Assembly: GCF_001194135.2 (NCBI RefSeq)
Contig: NC_068998.1
Coordinates: 37,131,098-37,195,097, forward strand
Direction of reading: 5' to 3'
Length of the DNA stretch: 64,000 nt
From: Octopus bimaculoides
Taxonomy: Eukaryota
The notes under the pieces are model-generated. The model had not been told where the DNA came from. It searched no databases and worked only from the letters and a program-made list of their open reading frames with translations. Shown in pieces: positions 1-15,255 of this stretch. The stretch's first letter is position 1; each line of letters starts with the position of its first letter. The translations under genes were made by a program, and so were the position numbers.

Positions 1-289
1 AGTGGCATGTATTTGGTAAACAGAGAAGAAGAGGGTAAAATAAATGTTGTACACGAAGTTTGAAATTTCTTAAAATTGCCTTTCAGAACCAGAAGTGGGG
101 TGGGGAGACAACTGATGATAATTGTTTACAAATTTGAATGAGAAGGGAGGTAATATCAAGGAATCACAAATAGGGGACTAACTGTAAGGAATTTAAGGGG
201 AAATTCACTACTACTCCAACTCCTCCTACTAATACTACGCCTACTACTAGAAAAATAATCACTCTACTACAACTACTATTACTAATAAT

Positions 290-690
290 AAAGGCCTTTA
301 TATTTATTTCTTTATTGCCCACATGGGGCTAAACATAGAGAGGACAGACAAAGGGATTAAGTCAATTACCTAGACCTCAGTGCGTAACTAGTACTTATTT
401 AATCGACCACGAATGAAAGAAAGGCAAAATCTACCTCGGTGGAATTTGAACTCAGAACGTAGTGACTGTTAAGTATTTAACGTGCTACGATTCTGGTACT
501 GCACAAGGCCAGTAATTTCGGGGGAGTGAGTGAGTCGAACTCGGTGGCATAATAAATATAATTCTTTCTACACTATAAGCACAACGACCCCAGTATTTGG
601 CTGCTACTTATTTTATCGATCCCAAAAGGATGGAAGGAAACGTCGACCTCGTCGCAATTTGAATTCTGAGCAAACGCCGGATGAATCTCC
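290..690 (-). mobile_element. Two family A SINEs, minus strand (290-480 with alternative tail; ~500-690)
   Basis: Reverse complements of gagttcaaattcc..aggt.gac.ttgcctttc..gtcgat.aaataagtac; tail matches 53120-53170. Confidence 0.8.
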
Positions 691-920
691 TCAAAGCAGC
701 TCCTGATTTGGGTACAAGTACTTATACAGCTCCTTCTTATCCCAGCTACACCTATCATAGGTCCAGGATAGAATGGACGGGAGAGATCCTAATGCAGTCA
801 GCGAATGCTGTATGAACATTTAATGTGGTTTTAGAGTCAAAGTTTGACTTCTATTTCAAGCATGGTGGTATCTCTTACATACCCCAAATAATAGTTTATA
901 TGTGTGCATGTATGTATGTA

Positions 921-968
<48 letters not shown>

Positions 969-1598
969 AACAGTGATGCACATATCCTTTGGCGCACGGG
1001 ATTTTGTGTTGTCTTTCTATAATTTCTAGGATTCAAAATGAGAGATAAAATTGAATTGGAGTAAGTGTGAGATGGAAGAAGACAGAACGGAAGGGAGAAG
1101 GAAAGAGAGTGAGAGACAAGGGAGGGGAGGAGGAAGAGAGAGAGAGTGTGAGTGACAAGGCGAGAGAATGGGTGTGAGAGAAGGATAATGAAGTTAGATA
1201 GAGCGGGCGGAAGTGTGATTAATAGATATGGAAAGTTTCAGAAAGTGAAAAATAAAGAAGAGAAGAAAGATTATCAGTTGAAACATCTACGAATAGCGAG
1301 AGAATCAAAGAAACAAATGAAAAGAAATGACCGCTTCCCATTAAACAAATGCCACAACACGCTCCTATGTACGCATTTATAAATAGCACACACACGCACA
1401 GACACCTATAAACATACATACAAATGTCATACTTTGCGATCTTTGCAATAATATATATTTTGATGGGTTTACATACATACATACAGAATACACACACACA
1501 CAAACGCACACGCGCACATATGTATATGTATATGTATATATATATACGCGCATGCATATATTTATGTATATATGTCTGTGTGTATATATATATATATG

Positions 1599-1637
<39 letters not shown>

Positions 1638-4455
1638 NNNNNNNNNNNNNNNNNNNNNNNNNNNNNNNNNNNNNNNNNNNNNNNNNNNNNNNNNNNNNNN
1701 NNNNNNNNNNNNNNNNNNNNNNNNNNNNNNNNNNNNNNNNNNNNNNNNNNNNNNNNNNNNNNNNNNNNNNNNNNNNNNNNNNNNNNNNNNNNNNNNNNNN
1801 NNNNNNNNNNNNNNNNNNNNNNNNNNNNNNNNNNNNNNNNNNNNNNNNNNNNNNNNNNNNNNNNNNNNNNNNNNNNNNNNNNNNNNNNNNNNNNNNNNNN
1901 NNNNNNNNNNNNNNNNNNNNNNNNNNNNNNNNNNNNNNNNNNNNNNNNNNNNNNNNNNNNNNNNNNNNNNNNNNNNNNNNNNNNNNNNNNNNNNNNNNNN
2001 NNNNNNNNNNNNCTCTTCACACGCACAGTTATACATCTGTAATGACTCAGCAAAAACGGAGAGATAAACTTTTAATATTTTCATAAAATACATTTACATA
2101 TATACATGTGTTTTTGTATGTGTGTGTGTGTACAGATGTACACACACGCACATATGCGCGTATATATACTATGTATGTCGTATGCATTAATATGCGTAGA
2201 AGTTTGTGTAGCAATGATATTAATGAATAAATCATAAAAGTCCAGGAATAATAAATAACTTTCTACAAATTAGTCATGTCAAGAAAAGTACTAAAGTTTG
2301 AATGTTAATCAAACTTCAATCAATTTTTCAGATATTGATGCGTGAAATATAGTTCACTAAACTAATTATAGAAAATATCGAAAAGTCTTAAGTTAACCAG
2401 AAATGAAACAAAAATCCCAAAATATATTCTGTTTCTTCTTTTTTTTTTTAATCTCACTTTACGTCTATTTTCAAAGGGAATTTATTAATTTTTATCATTA
2501 ATCTACTGAATGTGCGTTGCTTATTTGTTAGCACGTTAAGCGTTTTATGGTCGTAACACCGTGAGTTCGATTCTTGAACTGAGCGACGTGTTATATCCTT
2601 CAGTATATATTTGTATGGTTTCCTTTGCTTTATTTCATCTAGTTTAAAATTTATAGTAAAAGCAGACGCTGGGTTTAATCAGGCAATGCCCTATCGCGTT
2701 ATCCTGGGAGGTTTTCAGGGGAGAACTAGCGACCGCCCGGCACGTTTTTTTTTTCTGCTACAGACGGGCGATTGTTATAATTCGAGCTGCACCAATGACT
2801 AATTGCTGTTGTGCTCTTACGAGTAAGATAACTGTTTGACAGAACTGTTAGATTATCACTTAAACTGTCTTGCGATGTTTGATTATACTGCTTAAATTTT
2901 CTATTTCGAAATATCCGATGTCTTCTTTTAATCCTTCTGGACTCGATGAAATTATTATCATTAATTCTGTCTTAACGACGGAAGCAGTATTAGTTCAAAA
3001 TACCATTCTGCACACCGTGCTTAACGTGTCTATTGTATATAGTCAGAAATCCGCGGTGTTCTTATCGAGACAGCATATTGCACAGGGTATAATGCTAAGA
3101 AGCACAAAAGTATATCAGTAGTAAAGGTAAAACTTCCGGCTGCAGTGGTGACATTATTACATGTAGTTTTCTGCTGCTAAATAAGATATATTGAATGCTC
3201 TTTTGAACTGATACTGCTAATAAAGAATTTCAGACAGCCTGCCGGCTATTTGTGACATCAATGATTTGATAAACATTTTTCTGTATCAGTATAGATTGAA
3301 TTGTCTAAGCTTCGATTATTAACATTATTCTGTTCGCCCCGAAGAAGCGTTTATAAAAGGAATCCCCTCCTAAATTTTGATTGCATCAATTTTACTAAAA
3401 ATTAAAAATTATTTGTGAGGTTTTTTTTTTTATTTNNNNNNNNNNTTCCCATTTACTCTATTATTTTTGGATAGATATTATTTTCCTCCTTAGTTATTTG
3501 TAATCAGTTTTGAGGGCGTATGGCGTAGTGGTTAGGGTGTTGCACTCACGATCACGACATTAGGATTTCAATTCCTGGACCGGGTGATGCATTGTTTTCT
3601 AGAGCGAAATACTTCATTTCATGTTCCTCTGCGATCGCTTTGGCACCTGACGTGTGGTACATCGTGCACCTGTTCAGGCAACGTTGATTTTCTTAGGGCC
3701 AGTGAGCTAATGTACAGTACATACATTTGATCACTATAAACAAATCATTTGTGCAGGTTATTCACTATGAACTGATTGAACCGTCGTTTTTGGACTACGA
3801 GAGACTACAATCGTCATCACCATTTTTAATGTACACACATTTTTCGCAGACATCCCTTCGTGTCTCAGAGGTGTTTAACATCAGTAGTCTCCAAGTTGTA
3901 GGCTACCATTTATAACATAAAGCTGGAAGTCCTACGTTTAAGGGTAGTATCTCAATCAGAAATCCAGCCTTCGCCATAGATTTATTTTCCTGAGGTATAT
4001 CGACACCATTTCACAGTATTTTCTTTGACATCATGAAGTAACATGTCTCAACCGAGACGGTTGCAGATTTCTGATTCACTTAGTGCTTACTTCGTGTGCA
4101 ATAGCAATCACTTTAATGATATATTAGTTTAACGGTGAGTGAATTTCTTACATAGAGGCGTATATGGTCATTTACCCAAAGCACATGCATGCGCATGAGG
4201 AGAGATTTGGTTCTTCAATCGAAAAGACAAACAAGAAAATATATATTTACAGTGCTTCTTCGACGCTGGGCACAAGAAGTATACGATCGGAAAATGACTT
4301 CCTCTGTCTTGTTTTACCTGGATTTCATTATATTTTACAAATGAAATCCATACTGAGATGTGAAGCTCGTAGATGTACCAATAATTTGTCTTAGTCCTAG
4401 TTTTTCTTCAAACACATAGAAATAATGTTAACGGAGCGGCTGTGGCAGTGATATA

Positions 4456-4652
4456 GGCAGAGACGTAGCTGTGTGGTTAGTTTACTTCCCAATCTTGTGG
4501 CTCGTGGTTCAGTCCCATCGTGTGGCACATTGGGAAGATGCGTTCTACTGTAGCTCCGAGTCAACCAAATTCTTATGAGTGGATTAGGTAGACAGAAACT
4601 GAAACAAGCCTGTGCTATTCATACGTATGTATGTATGTATGTACATGCATAT

Positions 4653-4735
<83 letters not shown>

Positions 4736-5320
4736 TGTGTCTGGGGAGAGTCATTTTCTTATTGTGCCTTAAAATTTAATACACTCACCGNNNNNNNNNN
4801 NNNNNNNNNNNNNNNNNNNNNNNNNNNNNNNNNNNNNNNNNNNNNNNNNNNNNNNNNNNNNNNNNNNNNNNNNNNNNNNNNNNNNNNNNNNNNNNNNNNN
4901 NNNNNNNNNNNNNNNNNNNNNNNNNNNNNNNNNNNNNNNNNNNNNNNNNNNNNNNNNNNNNNNNNNNNNNNNNNNNNNNNNNNNNNNNNNNNNNNNNNNN
5001 NNNNNNNNNNNNNNNNNNNNNNNNNNNNNNNNNNNNNNNNNNNNNNNNNNNNNNNNNNNNNNNNNNNNNNNNNNNNNNNNNNNNNNNNNNNNNNNNNNNN
5101 NNNNNNNNNNNNNNNNNNNNNNNNNNNNNNNNNNNNNNNNNNNNNNNNNNNNNNNNNNNNNNNNNNNNNNNNNNNNNNNNNNNNNNNNNNNNNNNNNNNN
5201 NNNNNNNNNNNNNNNNNNNNNNNNNNNNNNNNNNNNNNNNNNNNNNNNNNNNNNNNNNNNNNNNNATGCTTCAACACACGAAATCACATAAAAAAATCTT
5301 GCAAACCAAATCCCCAAACG

Positions 5321-5363
<43 letters not shown>

Positions 5364-5605
5364 CATACACACACACACAAATATGTGTGTATGTGTGCTT
5401 GTCCTTTACCATAGCTTGACGACTGTCGTTGGTTGGCTTAGGTCCCATAACCGCTACGTTATAGAAGTAATAGAATAAGTAACAGGCTTGAAAAAGAATA
5501 ACAAAAAGAAGTAGTGGTGAAAATCTGTTTCGATTACAAACCTTCTATGCAGCGCCCCAGCATGGCCGCAGACCAATGACTGACACAAGTAAAAGATAAA
5601 AGATA
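4456..5605 (+). mobile_element. SINE family B interrupted in its internal microsatellite by the TIR element at 4731 and a gap
   Basis: Head 4456-4625 (ggttcagtcccat B-box-like), tail 5395-5605 ending agtaaaagataaaagata. Confidence 0.72.
4731..4790. mobile_element. Left end of the same TA-tract TIR element as 43591, remainder in gap
   Basis: 60 nt about 90% identical to 43591-43649, preceded by (CA)n(TA)n. Confidence 0.75.
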
Positions 5606-6130
5606 CTATACTTTTGGGCGCCAAAAAAAAAAAGGAATGACTGAGAGAAAAGTGGAGACAGAAACAGAATGAAAAGCAGTGAGACAGACAGTGAGACAAT
5701 AAGTATTAAAGATGAAAAAGAGGAAGAGTGGGAGAATTGCAGTTTGTGGAATGGAGTAGGAGTGACGTAGATTATGAACGACGGATATACAAAAGTTGAT
5801 TTGTGACTATAATTTTATATGTACATACTAAACAGTGGTTGTAATACTGATGTTATACAAAATGGCTTCTCCAAGAAGTAATTGTTGAAGTAGCCCTCCA
5901 ACTGTGTTCTACGAATAATAAACAAACTTCAAAGAATCTTGTGGAAGCGTTTTAAGACTGTTGCATAGATATACATATAAACACACTGATACGTATACAG
6001 ACACGAAGATGCACACGTATACGTGCATAGATACATACATACGTTCATGTATATACATACTTACATGCATAGATATATACAAACTTAAATATATGCATAT
6101 ACATACTTACATACATATATAAGTATATAT

Positions 6131-6169
<39 letters not shown>

Positions 6170-7317
6170 NNNNNNNNNNNNNNNNNNNNNNNNNNNNNNN
6201 NNNNNNNNNNNNNNNNNNNNNNNNNNNNNNNNNNNNNNNNNNNNNNNNNNNNNNNNNNNNNNNNNNNNNNNNNNNNNNNNNNNNNNNNNNNNNNNNNNNN
6301 NNNNNNNNNNNNNNNNNNNNNNNNNNNNNNNNNNNNNNNNNNNNNNNNNNNNNNNNNNNNNNNNNNNNNNNNNNNNNNNNNNNNNNNNNNNNNNNNNNNN
6401 NNNNNNNNNNNNNNNNNNNNNNNNNNNNNNNNNNNNNNNNNNNNNNNNNNNNNNNNNNNNNNNNNNNNNNNNNNNNNNNNNNNNNNNNNNNNNNNNNNNN
6501 NNNNNNNNNNNNNNNNNNNNNNNNNNNNNNNNNNNNNNNNNNNNNNNNNNNNNNNNNNNNNNNNNNNNNNNNNNNNNNNNNNNNNNNNNNNNNNNNNNNN
6601 NNNNNNNNNNNNNNNNNNNNNNNNNNNNNNNNNNNNNNNNNNNNNNNNNNNNNNNNNNNNNNNNNNNNNNNNNNNNNNNNNNNNNNNNNNNNNNNNNNNN
6701 NNNNNNNNNNNNNNNNNNNNNNNNNNNNNNNNNNNNNNNNNNNNNNNNNNNNNNNNNNNNNTATATATATATATATGTACTTCTGTTTAAGTTGTTATAT
6801 TGCTGGAAATAAACATTAAATATTGAAGGAAATAATACATGAATACTGTAGAATCACGGTTGACTTCCTGTTGTATAATTAAATATAAATCTGCATTTAA
6901 TAGACAGTTATGCCATTCGGAAATATATATAACCATCTACTTTGTCATCTTCAACTTGTCATTGACCACCACAACAGTTTCTATAGAATAAAATCTAGAT
7001 GATATTTGCTTTCCTATATCGTTCACCAATAGCTTTCTGCCCTTGAGAATTCTTAGTGGTGGCCATGTTCAATGGAATATACGTATTGGTTTCAAATTTT
7101 GCTAGAAGGCCAGCAAGTTCAAGAAATGGAGAAAGTCGATTACATCACTCTCTCCAAGTGAGTACTTGATAAAAGAAAGTGTGTAAATAAAAATTATTGA
7201 AGAGGGGTACTGCTTATCTATTTCTGTATAATGGTGTAGACGTTTAAATTTTTCAGAAACTCTTCGGTGGAAAGATGCCACAAGATCTTTTATAGCATCG
7301 AGTAAACATCGATTCAA

Positions 7318-7865
<548 letters not shown>

Positions 7866-10800
7866 TATAATTGTTGTTTTTGTTTCTAATCTAGGCGCAA
7901 GGTTGACAATTATATATGATGTTTATCACTATTTTTTTTTTGTTTTTGACATGAACTTTCCTAACACAAACGAAATATTTCAACAGTAATCTCATCCAGT
8001 ACATCAATGACTCTCTATAGATGAATTCTGTCAGCTAAGCTTTTGTGAAGTGTAAATGATAGATAGATATTATTTTGTATTCCAGAAACGAGCAATATTT
8101 GTCAGCGAAAAGCATATTGTATTTATCGAGCTCAAAATATCGGTCGGTACTTATTTTATCAAACCTAGATGGGCGGGCAACAGTGGCCTCAATGAGAATT
8201 ACTGCGCATGGTCAGGAATTTATTATAGGAAGTAAATGACTATGTGATATCCATACGTGTCTGTCTGATGTAGCAGTGGTATGAGTTAAGTGAATTAGCT
8301 TCATCCAAGATTTGAAACCAGATTCTTCAGTCAGATTGGTTGAAACTTTCTCCTTGGCTTTCAGTGCTTGCTACCATCACAAAGAAACTACTATAGCCAT
8401 GTTACTATGATGACTCTCTCAATTAAAGGGACTAGTTTCTAGAAAGTGTAGATAATTCACTTATTCATTGAACTATCACACATTCTCTTGCGTTTCATTT
8501 AAGTCAAAAAATCTAATATGAATAACAAGAATGTTCAGCCAGACATTGATTGTATCAATGTAATCAATAACATATCCGTGATATAGTATCATTGTTACTG
8601 TATCAGTGGATATCCTCTATCGATCGGCAAGGGAACAAAAAAGGTGGTGGAATCCCCTATTCATTGTGAACATTTCTATCAAGAACACCAGGCTGAAATA
8701 TATAGATTTTTCCGAATGTATACAAGCAAAAATAGAAACACTATTGAATGAGAAACTCTGCAAACTTAGATTTCGGTAAAAAGAAAATGGTAGAAAAGAT
8801 TGTTGCGACTGAAGAGAGCTTCGAGTATCTGGAAACAATTACGTTACCATGCATCGACAAAAGATCAACTTTGTCAATTTGTTGTTTAACGATTCTGGAG
8901 TCATTTGCGAATAAATCATTAAATCGATATTGGTTTCTTTCATAACAGAAACTAGATGCGAAAGACCCAAGTGAATAAGTTATTGGACTACCATCTCATA
9001 GGTCAGTTATCCATATTCGATGAAGTGGTTTCGTTGTGTTGGTTTGAACGGGGCATTTTATTCAGCATACTTCCGTCTATTAAACAATTGCATTGTAGAT
9101 CCCTGGGAAAATTATTTGCAATATAACAACAGTTCGCAAAACACTAGAGTATCTTTTATCATTTGAATACTGTTTAATACTAGAGAAACAGCATTTAAGT
9201 AGCACATTTGTTAACGTACTTGTGAATTCTCGAAAGGATTCGTTTTAACTTACATTACAGCAAATACTATGGTATAACTTAGTAATTGAACCTCAGTATT
9301 CAACTGGCTTATTCTTAATTGATACAGACAGATTAACAAAAATTCGTTCTTAGAAAATATAGCTTTTTTTGTACATGTGAACTAATTCATTGGTACATTG
9401 TATGTCAGAGGNNNNNNNNNNNNNNNNNNNNNNNNNNNNNNNNNNNNNNNNNNNNNNNNNNNNNNNNNNNNNNNNNNNNNNNNNNNNNNNNNNNNNNNNN
9501 NNNNNNNNNNNNNNNNNNNNNNNNNNNNNNNNNNNNNNNNNNNNNNNNNNNNNNNNNNNNNNNNNNNNNNNNNNNNNNNNNNNNNNNNNNNNNNNNNNNN
9601 NNNNNNNNNNNNNNNNNNNNNNNNNNNNNNNNNNNNNNNNNNNNNNNNNNNNNNNNNNNNNNNNNNNNNNNNNNNNNNNNNNNNNNNNNNNNNNNNNNNN
9701 NNNNNNNNNNNNNNNNNNNNNNNNNNNNNNNNNNNNNNNNNNNNNNNNNNNNNNNNNNNNNNNNNNNNNNNNNNNNNNNNNNNNNNNNNNNNNNNNNNNN
9801 NNNNNNNNNNNNNNNNNNNNNNNNNNNNNNNNNNNNNNNNNNNNNNNNNNNNNNNNNNNNNNNNNNNNNNNNNNNNNNNNNNNNNNNNNNNNNNNNNNNN
9901 NNNNNNNNNNNNNNNNNNNNNNNNNNNNNNNNNNNNNNNNNNNNNNNNNNNNNNNNNNNNNNNNNNNNNNNNNNNNNNNNNNNNNNNNNNNNNNNNNNNN
10001 NNNNNNNNNNNNNNNNNNNNNNNNNNNNNNNNNNNNNNNNNNNNNNNNNNNNNNNNNNNNNNNNNNNNNNNNNNNNNNNNNNNNNNNNNNNNNNNNNNNN
10101 NNNNNNNNNNNNNNNNNNNNNNNNNNNNNNNNNNNNNNNNNNNNNNNNNNNNNNNNNNNNNNNNNNNNNNNNNNNNNNNNNNNNNNNTATATATACATGT
10201 GTGTGTGTTTGTGTATGTGTGTGTGTATTTGTGTGTTTGCATGTATTTTTGTGTTTGTGTTAGTTCCCCGTTACCACCACCACTTAAACGATTTTGATTT
10301 GTTTACACCTTCGTAACTTAGCGGTTTGACACATGACACTGATAGAACAAGTAAAAAAAAATCCCTTAAGATACGTACTTGGGTCGATTTGTTAGACTTA
10401 ATGTTTTAAGACGTTGCTCCCGTATGACCGCAGTCTAAAGACAAGCAAATAAAAGATAAGGTGATTTATAACCAAGATAATTCAAAGTACGCGATGATAT
10501 GGACCAAGTTCGTTAAGTGCCGGCCTTGTACAACCTGTAAACTCATTTAAACAATGGTTAATATATCTAAGACAGGAAGCATTAAAAGCGGACGAGAAAT
10601 TCTTAGTCAATGATTAATATTATTATCTTTCTTTTTTACTGGAGACAATTTCAAAGATATTTCGGTACTATTTGGCATCCTCACTGAAGCATAGACTTCA
10701 TCTTACGAGCAAAAGAAGTGAAGAAATAAAAATCAATTAATTAAGTATACGATATTATAGGCTTGTTGAAGGAGAAAATTAGAATGCTCCGAGCACACAT

Positions 10801-10964
10801 TACTCAGAAATGCCATAATGTTTGATCTTTGTAGAAGTTCAATATGAAATAAGAAAATTCAACTTATTTTTTTCATAGAAAAATTCATCAGAATATATTT
10901 CTACTCGCAACAGATGAGAATACCAAAATATATGAGAATATACTGCTATTATTAACCGAATTTA

Positions 10965-12065
10965 AAGCAGTGAGTTAGCAGAATCCTTAGCACGCCGGAT
11001 AAAGTGCTGAGCAACATTGCGTGCGTCTTTACGTTCTGAGTTTAGATTTCACCAAGTTCAGCTTTCGCTTTCATGCTTTTGGGGTCGATAAAATAAGTAC
11101 CAGTTCTGCCCTGGAATCGATGTAATCGACTTACTCCTCCCCTGAATTTGCTGGCCTTAAGCCAAAGCTTGAAATCATGATTAACCGAATTAAGGCGGCG
11201 AACCGGCAGACTTGTCAGCGCGTCGTTCAAAATGCTAAGCGACATATTATCCGGCTATTTATGTCCTGAGCTGAAATCCTGCTAAAGTCAATGTTGCCTA
11301 TCATCTTTTCGGGGTCGGTAAAATAAGTACCAGTTATGTACTGCGGCCATTATAATTGATTTGACCTCTGAAAATTCCTGTTCTTATGCTAAAATTAGGA
11401 AGACTTAATATCCCTCGAATTTTTACTCGATGTTCAAATCCCACCGATGTCAGCTTTACTGGTTGGTATTTCGGGGTCGATAAATAAAGTACTACTACAC
11501 TACTGAAGTTGATTCTTCTTTCTCACTAATCACCACTCTTTCTATCTCTCTCTCTCTTTCTCTCTCTCTCGCATGCACACACACGCACACACACACTTTG
11601 TATCAGTAATCCAAAAATCTGGCATTGTTCCAATGTATCAGGAAGATTCCTGAGAATTTCACTAAAAGTACACACGTCTATGGAATAATCACACACTCAC
11701 ACGTTATTTCTACGAGTTGGTCAAACAAATGAATACTCACCGTTGCAACCGACGGAAAAACTAAATCATTATTCTCCACTGTTACACTGGGAGTATCATT
11801 CCAGCCGGATAAGGAAGAGTTTATAAGATCTACGTATTATTCAGACAACATGGTATTTGGTCGCTTTGCCGAAGGTCACGCCTAGTCACGCAAATATATT
11901 TTTTTTCTACTATAGAAATATTGGAAGCGGAGAGCTTGTCGATTACATTGACGCCATTGCTCACCTGGTACTTATTTTACTGACCACGAATGGATGCAAG
12001 GCAAAGGTAACTTCGGCGGAATTTGAACTCCAAGTATAAAACCGGAAGAAAGGACTTTACCAGCT
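10965..12065. mobile_element. Family A SINE cluster (10965-11180 +, 11193-11405 +, 11430-11510 + partial, 11915-12065 -)
   Basis: Repeated ggggtcgataaaataagtaccag core and ggc.gcga.c.ggcaga heads. Confidence 0.78.
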
Positions 12066-12605
12066 CGCAAAATTATAATTGAATGCGTCCCCGTCTGTTA
12101 TTAAAGCCAAGTCTTCATCGCCCAACGTATTTAACTATTTTAAAGACAGTAAGTTTTGATTTTAAAGGATTTCTATGTTCTTTCTAGCAAGACAAACAGC
12201 CGTGTAGATGATCCTATGTGAATACGACAACATTGATCGGGATTAAGAAATGTTTCTTAATACTTTCACCATTAAATATGTTGATTCTCAATCAATTCAG
12301 ATAAGCTCTTTTCGCAGTAACCTTTTTGAGTGGATCATACAAGGAATAATGTAAAAATAATAAGTTTATTCCAATACAGGACTGGGATTTTTCCTATATG
12401 AGGGAAGTAGTCTCTCTACACAGTGGTATGGTTTGGTATGAAATAACTGTCAAATCGTCCTCACATTACACTCTGCAGTCTTTCTGTTTTTTAAGAAAGG
12501 ATTACACTAAACAAAAGAGGAGCCAGACTAAAACTGTAATTCTTTTTACCATACGTGTACTCAATCAGAGCTGACGACTGGCTAACAAAACAAAAGAATC
12601 ATCAT

Positions 12606-12636
<31 letters not shown>

Positions 12637-13169
12637 AACAACAACAACAACAGCAACGCCTTCAATCATTTCAACAACAATTAAAAATAAATAATTGTTC
12701 CAACAATTATAAAAATATATTGAGATATTTAATTTCAGTACAGAGAGAGGAGGAAGAAGGAGAGGGAGAGAGAAGAGGAGAGAGGGAAAAGGGAAAGTGG
12801 GAGGAAAGGAAGATAAAGAGTAAAAACGAAATGTCTTCCAATATCACATGTCTGTGGATGTAGGCAGATTTAAAACAAGAATCTCTCCCAAGTAAACACA
12901 AACATTTTTCAGTGATTTAATGTGTCGGATTTATTTGCATGCGCAAGCGCCTGTATATATGTGCACATATGTGAATGTGTGTGTGTGTATGAGTGTGCGT
13001 GTGTGCGCGTGTATGAGTGTCTGTATGTGTGTGTGAGTGAATGTGTGTATATGTGTGTATGAGTGTGTGTCTGTACGTGTGTGTGTGTGACTCTGTGTGT
13101 GTGTGTGTATGTGACTCTGTGTGTGTGTGTGCGTGTGTGTGTGTCTGTGTGTGTGTGTGNNNNNNNNNN

Positions 13170-13209
<40 letters not shown>

Positions 13210-14357
13210 TGAGTTTTGTAGCGAGCGCGTGTATTTAATTTCAGTATTACTATTAGATTAACAATAAATACGGCAATATAGTATTAAATAACAACTAAAT
13301 ATACGTTATTTACAGTGACATATTAGTGTTAAGTTCCTGAAATTTACTTTTCAAATGCAGGCTTAATTACTCGGTGTTAAGTTGCAGTTAATTTTCCCAC
13401 TAACGTCACAGTTCTGGAAGCAGATTCGGAATCCTGGTTTTCTAGAGATTATAGGGAAGGGAATTACATCTTGCCATGCACAAAACTCTAGTTTACCACA
13501 GGATAACACTGTGCAACAAAATTCTAATTTATTATTATTATTTCTTTTTTTGGTCGTTGACCAGTAAGTGTTATTTTCTATTTGTCAGTAACTGTTATTT
13601 GCTATTTGCTATTTGCTTTTATCTAGAAATCAAAGGAAGTGACTACTATTCCCTTCAAACTTTGCTTTTGTGACCTGGACATCAATGTTTCAACAGTGAC
13701 CTATTTTCCATTATATTTTAGACAGAATCATGCTTGACCTAAACCTTTTCACCATGTCACTTAGTGGCTGACAATACGTGCATCTCTGATTATGAGCAGG
13801 ATCGTGGGGGAGCATTATAACCATGTGTTGAGAGAGATTCTTTGTGGTTCGAATAAATGTAACGAAAGCAAAGTTCGAAGGAAATGTTAGCCATTTCTCA
13901 TAATTTCTAGGAATAAGCAAACAGGAAATAATTGCCACCCAAGGACAAAAATTGTGTCAGACAGTGTAATTTCTGCAGATATAAGTGTGCCTATCTATTT
14001 ATATCAAATAGTTAAGTACCACAGCAACATGCAAAGTAAAAAAACTCTCAGCTGGTGATTTAATACCGTATCAATTCGGCCGTTTATTCCCTGCTTTGGG
14101 AGTTAAATTATGTAAGATATAGCTGACAATCTTCTTGGAATAAATTTAAGTGTATGGATGTATGCGCGCGCGCATATGTATGTGAGAGAGAGTGAAATGG
14201 GGAGAGAGGGAGGGAGAGAGACAGTTTGCTTTAGTTTTCGTTTTTGAGTTTCCTACAAATGAAGGAAAGTATCTAATTTATTCAAATACATGATTCTTAT
14301 CTTACTATGTTGACGTCAACTTGGTAGTCGTGTTTATTTGTGTATGTGTGTATGGAT

Positions 14358-14388
<31 letters not shown>

Positions 14389-14755
14389 CGTGAGTGTGTG
14401 TATGTGTGTGTGTGTTTGTGTCTGCGTGTGTCTATGCGTTTATGTGTGTATGCATGTATATATTATGTATGTAATACGCTAATATGAATATGAGCATTAA
14501 CGTAAGTTCTCGTATACACAGGCATGTCAAGTATGCATGTATGGTTGTCACTGAATTTGTGGATCTGTGAATTATTGACTTACGTAAGTGCACACATTGA
14601 CATGTTTGTATGACTAACTATGTGTATATGCTGCCCATACCTGTCTGACAAAGCTGCGCAAATGTACACACACACACACAAACAAACAAACAAACACACG
14701 CATCGTTTCCTATACAGACACATATAGGTATATCTGTATTCATATATATATATAT

Positions 14756-14818
<63 letters not shown>

Positions 14819-15255
14819 TAGATATATATATATTTACATATATACATATTTGTCCGTATGTGTTGTAATCGTATATATCGTTTGTACCTTTGCATTTATA
14901 TATGGCATACGATATTTGTAGGTATTAATGTATATACTATTTTAATTACTTGTGTGAATTCTTCCGTGTACGTATGCACATATCTTTTCAAGAGAATCAA
15001 ATGGTGAGACTTTATAATATTTTACAATTTTTCATTGAATGGATGACGAGGTTTCTACATAATCTTTTCCGTTTTTTTTAATTTCCGTTCTTTGCTACTA
15101 TTTTCCAGAAAAATGTAGCATCTCCTTACTGCAAAAACCCTTTCTGACATAATTCACTGCATCATTGATATTAAATATACAAAAAGAAATTTAATGTATG
15201 TGGAAATACAATACCATTTTATTGATTTAACTCTTTCCTTTTTTTTTACTTACAG

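Noticed and set aside
2724-2745. Possible Helitron 3' end on the minus strand (gccgggcggtcgctag)
   Set aside because: Only half of the hairpin is present and no Rep fragment or 5' end is found; too short to support.
3512-3590. tRNA gene candidates (also ~44865-44910 and 62737-62822)
   Set aside because: A- and B-box-like motifs are present, but there is no cloverleaf and they continue into SINE bodies; these are SINE heads.
8808-8830. Other isolated CTGANGA motifs (8808, 24345, 36184, 38707)
   Set aside because: No convincing GAAA, stems or repeat context; within chance expectation.
12555-12863. PolyH/polyQ ORF
   Set aside because: Translation of (CAT)(CAG)(CAA) microsatellites plus a purine tract; no domain and no supporting splice context.
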